Shown: positions 8,995 to 17,623 of the stretch, piece by piece
Numbering within the stretch: position 1 is the first letter of the stretch
Layout of the letters: the number at the start of each line of letters is the position of its first letter
Assembly (NCBI GenBank): GCA_036274645.1
Contig: DASUFH010000138.1
Coordinates: forward strand, 1 to 42,118
Direction: 5' to 3'
From: Terriglobia bacterium
GTDB lineage: Bacteria; Acidobacteriota; Terriglobia; 20CM-2-55-15
Length of the DNA: 42,118 nt
Notes under the pieces: model-generated
What the model saw: only the letters and a program-made list of their open reading frames with translations
Told to the model about the DNA's origin: nothing
Database searches by the model: none
Made by a program: the position numbers and the translations under genes

Positions 8995-10944
8995 ATGAGA
9001 GGACGAATCGTTCGGATGAGCGCGATCGCCCCGGTTCTGGTGGCCGCGATTGCGTGTTTTCTGGCATGGGCAGAGGATTCCATTCCCGCGAACACCGAGT
9101 GGCGATATTGGGGAGGCGATGCGAGAACCACTCATTACGCGCCGCTCGATCAGATCGGACCGGCCAATGTGTCCCGGTTGCAGATTGTATGGCGCTGGAA
9201 CACGGCAAGCCTGGGCGGCCGCGCGGACTCGAACTGGGAGGTCACGCCGCTGATGGTTGGCGGTATTCTCTATTTCACTGCGGGGCAGCAGCGCCATGCC
9301 GTGGCGGCCAATGCCGCGACTGGCGAGACGCTATGGACGTACGTTCTCGACGAGGGCGCGCGCGCGGCGCGTCCCGTGCGTTCGAACAATCGCGGCCTGG
9401 CGTACTGGTCCGACGGCCGCAACGACTCGCGTGTCCTGTTCATTACGCCGGGCTACCAACTTGTCGCTCTCGAGGCCAGGACCGGCAAGCCCATCCCGAC
9501 GTTCGGCGCCAGTGGCGTGGTGGACCTGACGGTGGGGCTCGATCGGGACGTCGTGCGGCCGAGCGAGATCGGCGCTACGTCGCCGGCCATGATCGTTGGC
9601 GATGTGGCGATCGTGGGCGCCGCGTTGCTTTCCGGCACGACTCCGCGGTCCATGACCAACGTGCCCGGATATGTGCGGGGCTATGACGTTCGTACCGGTG
9701 AACGGCTCTGGACATTTCACACGATTCCGCGTCCGGGCGAGTTCGGTCATGAGACCTGGGAGGAAGGTTCCTGGGAATATACAGGCAACACGGCCGTCTG
9801 GGCCCCGATGAGCGCGGACCTGGAACTCGGGTATGTCTACCTTCCCGTCGAGTCGCCGACGGGCGATTACTACGGCGGGCACCGCCCCGGCGACAATCTG
9901 TTCGCCGACACGCTGGTGTGTCTGGACGCGAAGACCGGAAGGCGTGTGTGGCATTACCAACTCCTCCATCACGACATCTGGGACTACGACATCGCATCGG
10001 CGCCGACACTGCTGGATGTGACGATTGACGGAAAGAGAGTCAAGGCCGTTGCGCAGCCAACCAAGCAGGCCTTTTTGTTCGCGTTTGACCGGGTCACCGG
10101 AAAGCCCCTCTGGCCGATTGAAGAACGGCCGGTTCCCCAGTCGGATGCGCCGATGGAAAAGACCTCCCCGACGCAGCCCTTTCCCACCAGGCCGGCGCCG
10201 TTCGATCGGCAGGGCGTGACGTTAGATGACCTGATGGATCTCACGCCCGAGCTGAAAGCGGAGGCGGCGCGGATCGCGTCCGAGTTCAAATTGGGGCCGT
10301 TGTTTACACCCCCCATCGTCGAGGGCGCGGGCGGCAAGCGGGCCGCGCTTCAGGTGCCGCACACCCAGGGGGGCGCGAACTGGCAGGGCGCCGGCGCCGA
10401 TCCGGAAACAGGAATCGTCTACGTGCCATCCGTGACCAACTGGTACGGGAATGCGCTCCGTCGCAATACGCAGCGGTCCGACATGGCTTTTGTCGGACGG
10501 AGTGTCGCGCCGGAGCGGCCGATGGGTCTTCCGCTGATCAAAGGGCCCTGGGGACGGATCACCGCGATCGATCTCAATACGGGCGATCACCTTTGGATGG
10601 TTCCCAACGGAAAGGTCCCCGAGTACATTCGGAACCATCCGGCGCTTCAGGGCGTCGATCTGAGCGGACTGGGTAACCCCGAACGCGCCCCCCTGCTCGT
10701 GACGAGGACCCTGCTTTTTGCCGGAGACGGAAGCGGGATGTTTTCCTCCGGACCCAATGGGGGTGGTCCAATCTTCCGGGCGCTCGACAAGAGAACTGGA
10801 GCGCTCATTCATGAGATGCGGTTGCCCGGGAACGAGACTGGTTTACCAATGACTTACATGCTGGATGGGCGTCAGTACATTGTAGTCGCCGTTGGCAATC
10901 GAAACGCCGCCGCAGAGCTGGTGGCCCTGGCGCTGCCGAAGTAA
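8995..10944 (+). CDS. PQQ-dependent dehydrogenase (8-bladed beta-propeller quinoprotein, glucose/quinate-like, no Cys-Cys ring seen)
   Basis: Signal-like MRGRIVRMSAIAPVLVAAIACFLAWA. WRYWGGDARTTHYAPLDQI..NVSRLQIVWRW, TPLMVGGILYF..AANAATGETLW and repeated W-containing propeller motifs. Confidence 0.8.
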   Translation: MRGRIVRMSAIAPVLVAAIACFLAWAEDSIPANTEWRYWGGDARTTHYAPLDQIGPANVSRLQIVWRWNTASLGGRADSNWEVTPLMVGGILYFTAGQQRHAVAANAATGETLWTYVLDEGARAARPVRSNNRGLAYWSDGRNDSRVLFITPGYQLVALEARTGKPIPTFGASGVVDLTVGLDRDVVRPSEIGATSPAMIVGDVAIVGAALLSGTTPRSMTNVPGYVRGYDVRTGERLWTFHTIPRPGEFGHETWEEGSWEYTGNTAVWAPMSADLELGYVYLPVESPTGDYYGGHRPGDNLFADTLVCLDAKTGRRVWHYQLLHHDIWDYDIASAPTLLDVTIDGKRVKAVAQPTKQAFLFAFDRVTGKPLWPIEERPVPQSDAPMEKTSPTQPFPTRPAPFDRQGVTLDDLMDLTPELKAEAARIASEFKLGPLFTPPIVEGAGGKRAALQVPHTQGGANWQGAGADPETGIVYVPSVTNWYGNALRRNTQRSDMAFVGRSVAPERPMGLPLIKGPWGRITAIDLNTGDHLWMVPNGKVPEYIRNHPALQGVDLSGLGNPERAPLLVTRTLLFAGDGSGMFSSGPNGGGPIFRALDKRTGALIHEMRLPGNETGLPMTYMLDGRQYIVVAVGNRNAAAELVALALPK

Positions 10945-11225
10945 ACCTGCAGCTTTTCCCGCAAAAGTGTAGCTGTTCTTTACGATCCTGGGACGAAGGC
11001 CGAATTGAGGCGTTATGTCTTTTCGCTACAGTGGTTTCCGGGCCTTCGCCAGTGAAGTGGGGAAGTGGCCGTAGGGTATCTTTACACGTTTGATGGAGAT
11101 CATTTTTAGATAGCTGCTTAAGAATCAGCGACTTGACGGATTGGTCATGATCTTGCTATTCCCTGGGAGGATCTGATTGGATCGATCCAAAAGAGACAGC
11201 TGGAATTCTGATGAGGAGTAACGGA

Positions 11226-11930
11226 ATGACAAAGCAGGTAATCACTCGACTGGTCAGCGCGTTAGCCGTGGGCATCGCGCTGATGGCTGCGCCGGCGATC
11301 AGTCAGGCTACGACGGTCACCAGTATCAGCGTTACGATCGGTACCACGACCTTTTGCGACACGACGGGAGTTTGCGCGAACAAGATCTGGAACCTGGGTG
11401 GCGGCGTCGATCTGACGACCACCTCGGCGCTGATCCTGACGCAGACGTCTGGTTTCAACTTCGATACCAGCGATCTGAGCAACATGGGCACGCCCGTGAT
11501 CACGATCAACGGTTTCACGTTCATGGATACGGCGCACATTCTCAATGAGCCCAACGGATTCGATGATCTGTCGACCTCCCATCAGGAAGCCGTCGACTGG
11601 ACCGCGATCCCGACGATCCTGGGTAATCTCCAGGTGTGGGTTGGATACGCCGACACCGCGCACGGCCCCGGGCCCTGCGCCGATTCGAACGGCACCTGTC
11701 TCCCGGAAAATCCGTGGGCGGGTTCGCCGAATGTGACATTCCTTGGGGCCCCGACCGGGCCGGAAGGCTGCGTGCGGGCGGGCATCACGTCCTGCTTCGA
11801 CGCGGGCGCGATCCGGATCCAGCAGGCGAACATTCCGGAAGCATCCTCGGTGTTGCTCCTCGGCATGGGTCTCGTGGGAATCGTTCTCGTGGGCCGGAAG
11901 CGGTCCAGGACACTTCAAGGCAGATTGTAG
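11226..11930 (+). CDS. PEP-CTERM sorting-domain secreted protein
   Basis: GAGGAG RBS before ATG 11226. Signal peptide ending AISQA. C-terminus IPEASSVLLLGMGLVGIVLVGRKRSR has PEP-like motif, TM helix and basic tail. Confidence 0.8.
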   Translation: MTKQVITRLVSALAVGIALMAAPAISQATTVTSISVTIGTTTFCDTTGVCANKIWNLGGGVDLTTTSALILTQTSGFNFDTSDLSNMGTPVITINGFTFMDTAHILNEPNGFDDLSTSHQEAVDWTAIPTILGNLQVWVGYADTAHGPGPCADSNGTCLPENPWAGSPNVTFLGAPTGPEGCVRAGITSCFDAGAIRIQQANIPEASSVLLLGMGLVGIVLVGRKRSRTLQGRL

Positions 11931-11960
11931 GATTCAACTTCAGAACCAGCTTCTCTTTGA

Positions 11961-11997
11961 AAGGCCGACCGGTTGGACCGGTCGGCCTTTTTGTTTT
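11961..11997 (+). terminator. Rho-independent terminator
   Basis: AAGGCCGACCGG-TTGGA-CCGGTCGGCCTT followed by TTTGTTTT, directly after the PEP-CTERM gene. Confidence 0.8.
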
Positions 11998-12103
11998 ACC
12001 TCTCGTTTCTCGCTCCGCAAACCCCGCTTCGTACCCTTCTCGGTGATGAGGTATAAAGCAGTCAGCGCAAGGTTGATGTTGGCTACGGCCTCAACAGGAG
12101 ATT

Positions 12104-12493
12104 GTGGTGGAAAACGGTATGAAGTCCGCTCTGAAATGGACTCACGCGATTTATGGCTTGCACGCGTTCAGCCTCCTTGTCGGCATTCTCACGACGGCTA
12201 CCGTGGTTGGCGCATTCCTGACCGGCTGGCCGTCGATCATTGCCGTCATCCTGAACTACGCCAAACGCAGTGAGGTCCGGGACACATGGCTGGAATCCCA
12301 CTTCAGATGGCAGATCCGCACGTTCTGGTTCGGTTTGCTATGGATTGGGATCTGCCTGATATTTGTCGTCCTCACGCTCGGCCTGGGATTGCTGCTTGTG
12401 TGGATTCCGGTGGCGTTTGTCGGCGTCTGGTTTGTCTATCGGATTGTCCGTGGCTGGCTTGCCCTGAAGGATGGCCGGCCGATGTACGTATGA
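12104..12493 (+). CDS. Small integral membrane protein (DUF4870/COG3671-like)
   Basis: 129 aa with three or four hydrophobic helices. AGGAG RBS at 12096-12100 with GTG at 12104 or 12107. Confidence 0.6.
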   Translation: MVENGMKSALKWTHAIYGLHAFSLLVGILTTATVVGAFLTGWPSIIAVILNYAKRSEVRDTWLESHFRWQIRTFWFGLLWIGICLIFVVLTLGLGLLLVWIPVAFVGVWFVYRIVRGWLALKDGRPMYV

Positions 12494-12557
12494 CGGGCAA
12501 GCGCGTCGGGTTTCCCCGGTTCCGTGCCCCCGACAGAGAATTGGTACACTTGCCGTC

Positions 12558-13166
12558 ATGACGCCGATGAAGCTGGAAGTATTTACAGACCTTGTCTGTC
12601 CCTGGTGTTATCTCAGCACGCCGCGGGTGGACAGGCTGGAACGCCACTTCGAGATTGATGTGGAGTGGGTCTTTTTTCCGCTGCATCCGGAAACGCCACC
12701 GGAGGGCCTTGCCCTCAAGGATCTGTTTGCGGGGCGGACTGTAGATCTGGAGGCGGCGCACGCGCGGTTGAAAGCCATGATGGAGTCTGAAGGCCTGCAG
12801 TTCAATGAGCGCCGCTACACCTACAACAGCCGGCTTGCGCAGGAACTGGCGAAGGCGTTTCCGCAGCTTCGGGGAAGGTTGTATCGGGCCTACTTTGAAG
12901 AGGCGAAGAATATTGCAAATCCGGACATCCTTGTCGCGATCGCGGAATCTGAGGGCGTTTCCGCGGAGGCGGCGCGTCGCGTTTTGACGGAACGTCTCTC
13001 CAGAGAAGCCGTAGACGACGACTGGAGGCGGGCGCGCAGGTATGGTGTGACGGGAGTTCCTTCCTTCGTTGCCGGCGGGCAGATGCTTGTGGGCGCGCAT
13101 CCTTACGAAACGCTTGAACGTTTCGTTCGCGCAGCCGGAGCGCGCTCACGTTCCACCCTTTCCTGA
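12558..13166 (+). CDS. DsbA-family (FrnE-like) thiol:disulfide oxidoreductase
   Basis: MTPMKLEVFTDLVCPWCYL has a CPWC active site near the N-terminus, followed by GVTGVPSFV. The track start at 12471 overlaps the previous gene. Confidence 0.8.
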   Translation: MTPMKLEVFTDLVCPWCYLSTPRVDRLERHFEIDVEWVFFPLHPETPPEGLALKDLFAGRTVDLEAAHARLKAMMESEGLQFNERRYTYNSRLAQELAKAFPQLRGRLYRAYFEEAKNIANPDILVAIAESEGVSAEAARRVLTERLSREAVDDDWRRARRYGVTGVPSFVAGGQMLVGAHPYETLERFVRAAGARSRSTLS

Positions 13167-13182
13167 GCCGGGCGCGATTCAC

Positions 13183-13692
13183 CTACGGTGTGGGCGCAGG
13201 GGGTTGGAACAGGGCGCTTTGCAGGAAGATTTCCCCATCCTGGTATGTGGCTGCGAGGGAGTCTGTGCCTTCGACCTGGAACTCCGCCTTCTCTCCCCCG
13301 ACGACATTCCAAGCCCGCCCGATGATCCGGACGATTTCAGCCTGTCTCGAAGAAGGCATGGTTTCCCACTGGAGGTCCCATGTGACAACCAGCGTCTTTC
13401 CGTTCATGTGAAAGTCAAGCTGTCCGGAGCGGCGGTATTCCGAGTGGCGGAGCGCGCGGAGAAAGCGGAGTTTGTCGGTGGGGCCGATCTGTTCAAACTC
13501 CGATCGAAACAGATACTGAGGAACGATGCCGAACAGGATGATCGCCGCGATGGCGTTCAACACGATTGCCTGCCAGCGGACCCGACGCCGGTTGCCGCCG
13601 GAAACATCCAGGGCAGCCTTGAGACTGGCGCCGCACTGAGGGCATATTCCGGTCTGTTGTCGTGTTCGATGGCCGCAGCCCTTGCAGTACAT
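13183..13692 (-). CDS. Zinc-ribbon membrane protein, function unknown
   Basis: MYCKGCGH..CPQCG zinc ribbon, one TM helix (AIVLNAIAAIILFGIV) and an extracytoplasmic domain. Convergent with the DsbA-like gene. Confidence 0.55.
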   Translation of the reverse strand: MYCKGCGHRTRQQTGICPQCGASLKAALDVSGGNRRRVRWQAIVLNAIAAIILFGIVPQYLFRSEFEQIGPTDKLRFLRALRHSEYRRSGQLDFHMNGKTLVVTWDLQWETMPSSRQAEIVRIIGRAWNVVGGEKAEFQVEGTDSLAATYQDGEIFLQSALFQPPAPTP

Positions 13693-13836
13693 GGGGTCCC
13701 ATTGTCGTCACGTGGACATTGAAACTGCAAATTTCGGTGTTTTGTACCCTGTAATCGGGGTCGAGCCCGCCCGTAATCTGGTAGCCTCTCCTAGCCCATC
13801 GGCGCGTGTTTCTGAGGCGCCAAGGAGAATCTGGTG

Positions 13837-14664
13837 ATGGCACTGGCGCAATGGTTCGAAAACCTGGGCGGGGCTTTCGACGCAATCCGACAGGCGATTG
13901 TCGGGCATCTGCCCAATCTTGCTGGCGCGTTTGTCCTGATCGTTCTGGGATGGTTTGCGGCGACGGTTCTGCGGGCCGGCAGCCGCAGGCTGGTCATGCG
14001 GCTGAGCCGGCTGGCGCCCGGCCGGGCATTTCAGCGGAGTCTGCAGACTTCCGGGATGGAGCGGCTGATATCCGAGTCCACCGCGGGAATCGTGTACCTG
14101 GTGGTCTGGCTGCTGTTTCTGGCGGCGGCCACGGAGTCGCTGGGATTGCCGGTGGTTTCCACACTGGTGTCCGCGCTGGTGCAATACATGCCCAGCGTGC
14201 TGGCGGCGGTTCTCATTATTGCGCTCGGGGTGGTGCTGGCGAATGTGGCGCAGAACGCAATCATTGCGACGGCCGCATCGACCCACGTCGCGCATGGGCC
14301 GGAACTGGGCAGCGCGGTGCGCATCCCCATTCTGCTGATTGCCGCGGTCGTGGCCATCGATCAGATCGGCATCAACAGCACATTCCTGATGGTCTGTATC
14401 GGTATCGTGCTTGCGGCCACGGCCGGCGGTCTCGCGCTCGGCTTCGGGTTGGGCGCGCGCGCGACGGTCAGTAATCTGCTGGCCATGCGCTACGTGGCCC
14501 AGGCCTACCACGTGGGACAGAGGGTTCGGGTCGGCCAGGTGGATGGCCGCATCGTGAAGATCGGAACCGCTTCGGTTGAACTGGACACGCCTCATGGACG
14601 GGCGCTGGTTCCGGCCAGCCAGTTCAATGAAGTCACTTCCATTCTTGTGCGTGAGAACGAATAG
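13837..14664 (+). CDS. Mechanosensitive-channel-like protein (conserved TM-helix repeat, MscS beta-domain only)
   Basis: AAGGAGA RBS and ATG 13837. Several TM helices, then YHVGQRVRVGQVDGRIVKIGTASVELDTPHGRALVPASQF, which is MscS beta-domain-like. No long C-terminal vestibule domain. Confidence 0.65.
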   Translation: MALAQWFENLGGAFDAIRQAIVGHLPNLAGAFVLIVLGWFAATVLRAGSRRLVMRLSRLAPGRAFQRSLQTSGMERLISESTAGIVYLVVWLLFLAAATESLGLPVVSTLVSALVQYMPSVLAAVLIIALGVVLANVAQNAIIATAASTHVAHGPELGSAVRIPILLIAAVVAIDQIGINSTFLMVCIGIVLAATAGGLALGFGLGARATVSNLLAMRYVAQAYHVGQRVRVGQVDGRIVKIGTASVELDTPHGRALVPASQFNEVTSILVRENE

Positions 14665-14666
14665 GC

Positions 14667-15530
14667 ATGGGCGTCTCAAACGAAATGGCGCGGGCGTTCA
14701 TTGAATCGCATCCTGACGAGGCCGCCGCGGAAATGGAGCGTATGCCGCTGGTGGACGCGGCCGCGCTGCTCGAGGATCTTCCACATGAACTGGCTTCCGG
14801 GATAACGGCCCGGCTGTCGACCTTGTTTGCGGCAGAATGTCTGCGGCGGCTTCCGGCGGGAGTTGCGGGAGAGTTGCTGGCTGAAATCCCCCGCGATTCC
14901 GGGGCTGCGTTGCTCCGTCGGCTGCCTGCCGACGATCGTGACCGCCTGCTGACGGTCATGCCGCGCAACGCGTCAAGCGCGCTGGCGCGGCTGACGCGCT
15001 TTCCGGAGGGAACGGCGGGCGCGCTGATGGATCCCGAGGTGCTGGCCGTGCCTGTCGATACTCCGGTTTATTCCGCCCTGGACCAGGTGCGGGTTTCGGG
15101 CGCGCGCGTTCTCTATTACGTCTATGTGGTGGACCGGAACAATCATCTGGTGGGGGTGGTGAACCTCCGCGAGTTGATGTCCGCCGGCGCCAACAGCGCG
15201 CTGGGCGATGTGATGCGTCCACACGTGGAACGGATTTCCGTATACGCGGATCGTGTTGGCGCGCTGGCGCACCCGGCGTGGCGGACGTTCTATGCGCTGC
15301 CGGTTGTGGATGACACCGGCCTGCTGGTCGGCGTGCTGCGGCACAAGCGTTTGTACGCTTCAGAAGACGAAGCCGCGGCGGACTCGCCCAACCTGCTGGC
15401 GGTCGGCATATCGCTCGGAGAGATGTACTGGTCGGTCGCCGCGCAGCTGCTCGAGAGTCTCTGGCCCGCCGCGCGCCGAACGGCGGAGGAGCCAGAGGGG
15501 ATGGAGACGGAGATAGAAAATGAGCGATAA
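14667..15530 (+). CDS. Soluble MgtE-like cytosolic sensor module (MgtE N domain plus CBS pair, no TM domain)
   Basis: 287 aa, collinear with the first ~260 aa of the downstream MgtE. GTAGALMDPEVLAVP.. and VVDRNNHLVGVVNLRELM are CBS-like. Starts 2 nt after the upstream stop and overlaps mgtE by 11 nt. Confidence 0.7.
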   Translation: MGVSNEMARAFIESHPDEAAAEMERMPLVDAAALLEDLPHELASGITARLSTLFAAECLRRLPAGVAGELLAEIPRDSGAALLRRLPADDRDRLLTVMPRNASSALARLTRFPEGTAGALMDPEVLAVPVDTPVYSALDQVRVSGARVLYYVYVVDRNNHLVGVVNLRELMSAGANSALGDVMRPHVERISVYADRVGALAHPAWRTFYALPVVDDTGLLVGVLRHKRLYASEDEAAADSPNLLAVGISLGEMYWSVAAQLLESLWPAARRTAEEPEGMETEIENER

Positions 15531-16827
15531 CGCGGACCTTGCCGCCGGCCGCCTGGCCATCCGGTTCATGGAGCAGTTTCCAGAAGAAGCGTCTCTGCGC
15601 CTGGAGAGCGCGGATCCCGCCGAGGCGCAGGCCATGCTGACGCGAATTCCGCCGGTCAACGCCGCGCGGGTGATTGAGCGAATGACGGTGGACGCCGGAG
15701 CTCGCGTGATCGAAGAGATGGAGCTGGATTCGCTGAAACCGGTCCTCGCCGCGATCGATCCGGCGTGGGCGGCCACGCTGCTGACGCGGCTGGACGAGCC
15801 GGCTCGGGAACAACGGCTGAAGTTGTTGCATCCCGCCGCCGCAGCGGAGTTGAAGTCGCTGATGAGCTACGAGCCCGGTTCCGCCGGGAGTCTGATGGAT
15901 CCCAAGGTCCTTGCGTTTCGTCCGGAGGCGACCGCGGGGGACGCGCTGGACCGCCTGCGCCGCAGCGGCATCCGAAGGATTCAGGACGTCTTCCTGGTTA
16001 ATGGCTCCGGGGAACTGGCCGGTTCCGTCACGCTGCAGGACATCGCGGTTGCGCCCAGCGACGAACGGCTGAAGGATCTTGTGCGGGCTGTAACCCCGCG
16101 CGTCTACGCGACGGCGAGCCGCGAGGAAATCGGCGAGACGATGGAAACATCACGCCTCGCCACGCTGGCGGTGGTTGACGCCGAAGAGCGCCTCGTGGGC
16201 GCCATCCGCCAGGACGCGCTGTTTGTGGCGGCCCAGGAAGAGGCGACCATCGACATCCAGACTATGGTTGGCGTCAGCCGCCAGGAGCGCGCCTTGTCCA
16301 CGCCGACCTTCGCAGTGAAGAAGCGCCTGCCCTGGCTCAGCATCAATCTGGGCACAGCGTTTCTGGCGGCTGCCGTCGTCGGCATTTTCGAGAACACCAT
16401 CGCTCAGGTGACCGCGCTGGCCGTGCTCCTGCCGGTCGTGGCCGGTCAGTCCGGGAATACCGGCGCGCAGGCGCTGGCCGTAACAATGCGTGGCCTGGCG
16501 CTGCGGGAGATCCGCGCGCGACAGTGGTTGCGCATCGCGCTCAAGGAAATCAGCGTCGGTTTTCTGAACGGTCTCGCTATTGCGGCGCTTACGTCCGTGG
16601 CTGTTTTCGTCTGGAGCGGCTCTTCCGGACTGGCGGTCGTTATCGGAACATCAATGGTGATCTCCATGGTTGCCGCCGGATTCGCGGGCGCGGCCATTCC
16701 CATGCTGCTGACCGCTCTTGGCCAGGATCCCGCTCAATCGTCATCGATCATCCTGACGACCATCACGGATGTGACAGGCTTCTTCAGTTTTCTCGGAATC
16801 GCCACATTGATGCTGCGCATGCTCTAG
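15520..16827 (+). CDS. mgtE: Magnesium transporter MgtE (full length)
   Basis: 435 aa with N domain, CBS pair and C-terminal 5-TM domain. Motifs PVVAGQSGNTGAQALAVTMRGLAL and ILTTITDVTGFFSFLGIA. Confidence 0.9.
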   Translation: MSDNADLAAGRLAIRFMEQFPEEASLRLESADPAEAQAMLTRIPPVNAARVIERMTVDAGARVIEEMELDSLKPVLAAIDPAWAATLLTRLDEPAREQRLKLLHPAAAAELKSLMSYEPGSAGSLMDPKVLAFRPEATAGDALDRLRRSGIRRIQDVFLVNGSGELAGSVTLQDIAVAPSDERLKDLVRAVTPRVYATASREEIGETMETSRLATLAVVDAEERLVGAIRQDALFVAAQEEATIDIQTMVGVSRQERALSTPTFAVKKRLPWLSINLGTAFLAAAVVGIFENTIAQVTALAVLLPVVAGQSGNTGAQALAVTMRGLALREIRARQWLRIALKEISVGFLNGLAIAALTSVAVFVWSGSSGLAVVIGTSMVISMVAAGFAGAAIPMLLTALGQDPAQSSSIILTTITDVTGFFSFLGIATLMLRML

Positions 16828-17118
16828 CTGCCCATGGCAGAATTGGTCGAAACCGCTGGAAACGCTGGTCCCTTCGTTTCGATCGCGGTTTTCAGGCTTT
16901 TGGACTTCTGCTGCGGGCTGTAGCCGCCCCAGGCTCCCAATCAACTCCGGAGATGACTTCCCATGTCCCCGCGTTAGGCTCTAACGAGTCTGGCCGAAGG
17001 AGTTTCGAACACCAGCTCGAAAAGTGTTCTCTCGTCCGGCCGTGCCGGCCGTCTGATTGTTTTCGCATCGGCCGGGCTGATCACCGGCGAGTTTTGACAC
17101 GGAAGGAACCTGGAAATC

Positions 17119-17502
17119 ATGCGATGGCGTGCTGCCCTGACCCTGACACTGCTGGCGGTTGTGTTTGGATTGAGCGTGACTGGCTGTGGTCCCCGGCGCC
17201 TCAACGTGATGCGCACGCCGCAGCGGACGCTGCTGACGGTGGGATATTCCGCGGACCGATCGCAGTCGGTCTTTCGCGCAAACAATGAAGCGCAGGAATA
17301 CTGCCGGAGGGAAGAGAAGGATGTGGTGTTTCTGAAAGAGGATACGGTTTATCAGGGTCGCTATCCCGAAGACGTGACACAGACGGCGAGAACCGCCGCG
17401 CGTGTGGCGGACGCGCTGGGAAGTCCCAAGGCCGGCAATGCAACCCGTTCGCTTTCATCCCCCACCGACTACAAGACCTCGCTCGAATTTCAGTGTGACT
17501 AG
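17119..17502 (+). CDS. Small lipoprotein, function unknown
   Basis: Lipobox LSVTGC after a hydrophobic signal. GGAAGGA RBS. 127 aa. Confidence 0.6.
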   Translation: MRWRAALTLTLLAVVFGLSVTGCGPRRLNVMRTPQRTLLTVGYSADRSQSVFRANNEAQEYCRREEKDVVFLKEDTVYQGRYPEDVTQTARTAARVADALGSPKAGNATRSLSSPTDYKTSLEFQCD

Positions 17503-17511
17503 TTCTGCTCT

Positions 17512-17611
17512 TGTAGGGGCGGTCTATGACCGCCCAACGTCTCAGGGTGAACTTCTCTTAAGTCAGGGATTTCCATTCCGACAGGTCGGGCGGTCATAGA
17601 CCGCCCCTACA
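17512..17611. repeat. REP/MITE-like element, 100 bp, with 24-nt perfect terminal inverted repeats
   Basis: TGTAGGGGCGGTCTATGACCGCCC (17512-17535) is the exact reverse complement of GGGCGGTCATAGACCGCCCCTACA (17588-17611). Each end also contains the GGCGGTC/GACCGCC mini-palindrome. Sits between convergent genes. Confidence 0.85.
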
Positions 17612-17623
17612 TTTAGGCGAGCG

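Noticed and set aside
13693-13836. M-box (Mg2+) riboswitch upstream of the MscS-like/MgtE operon
   Set aside because: The leader is only about 140 nt, and I could not see the conserved M-box core segments. A covariance-model scan (Rfam RF00380) would be needed to be sure.
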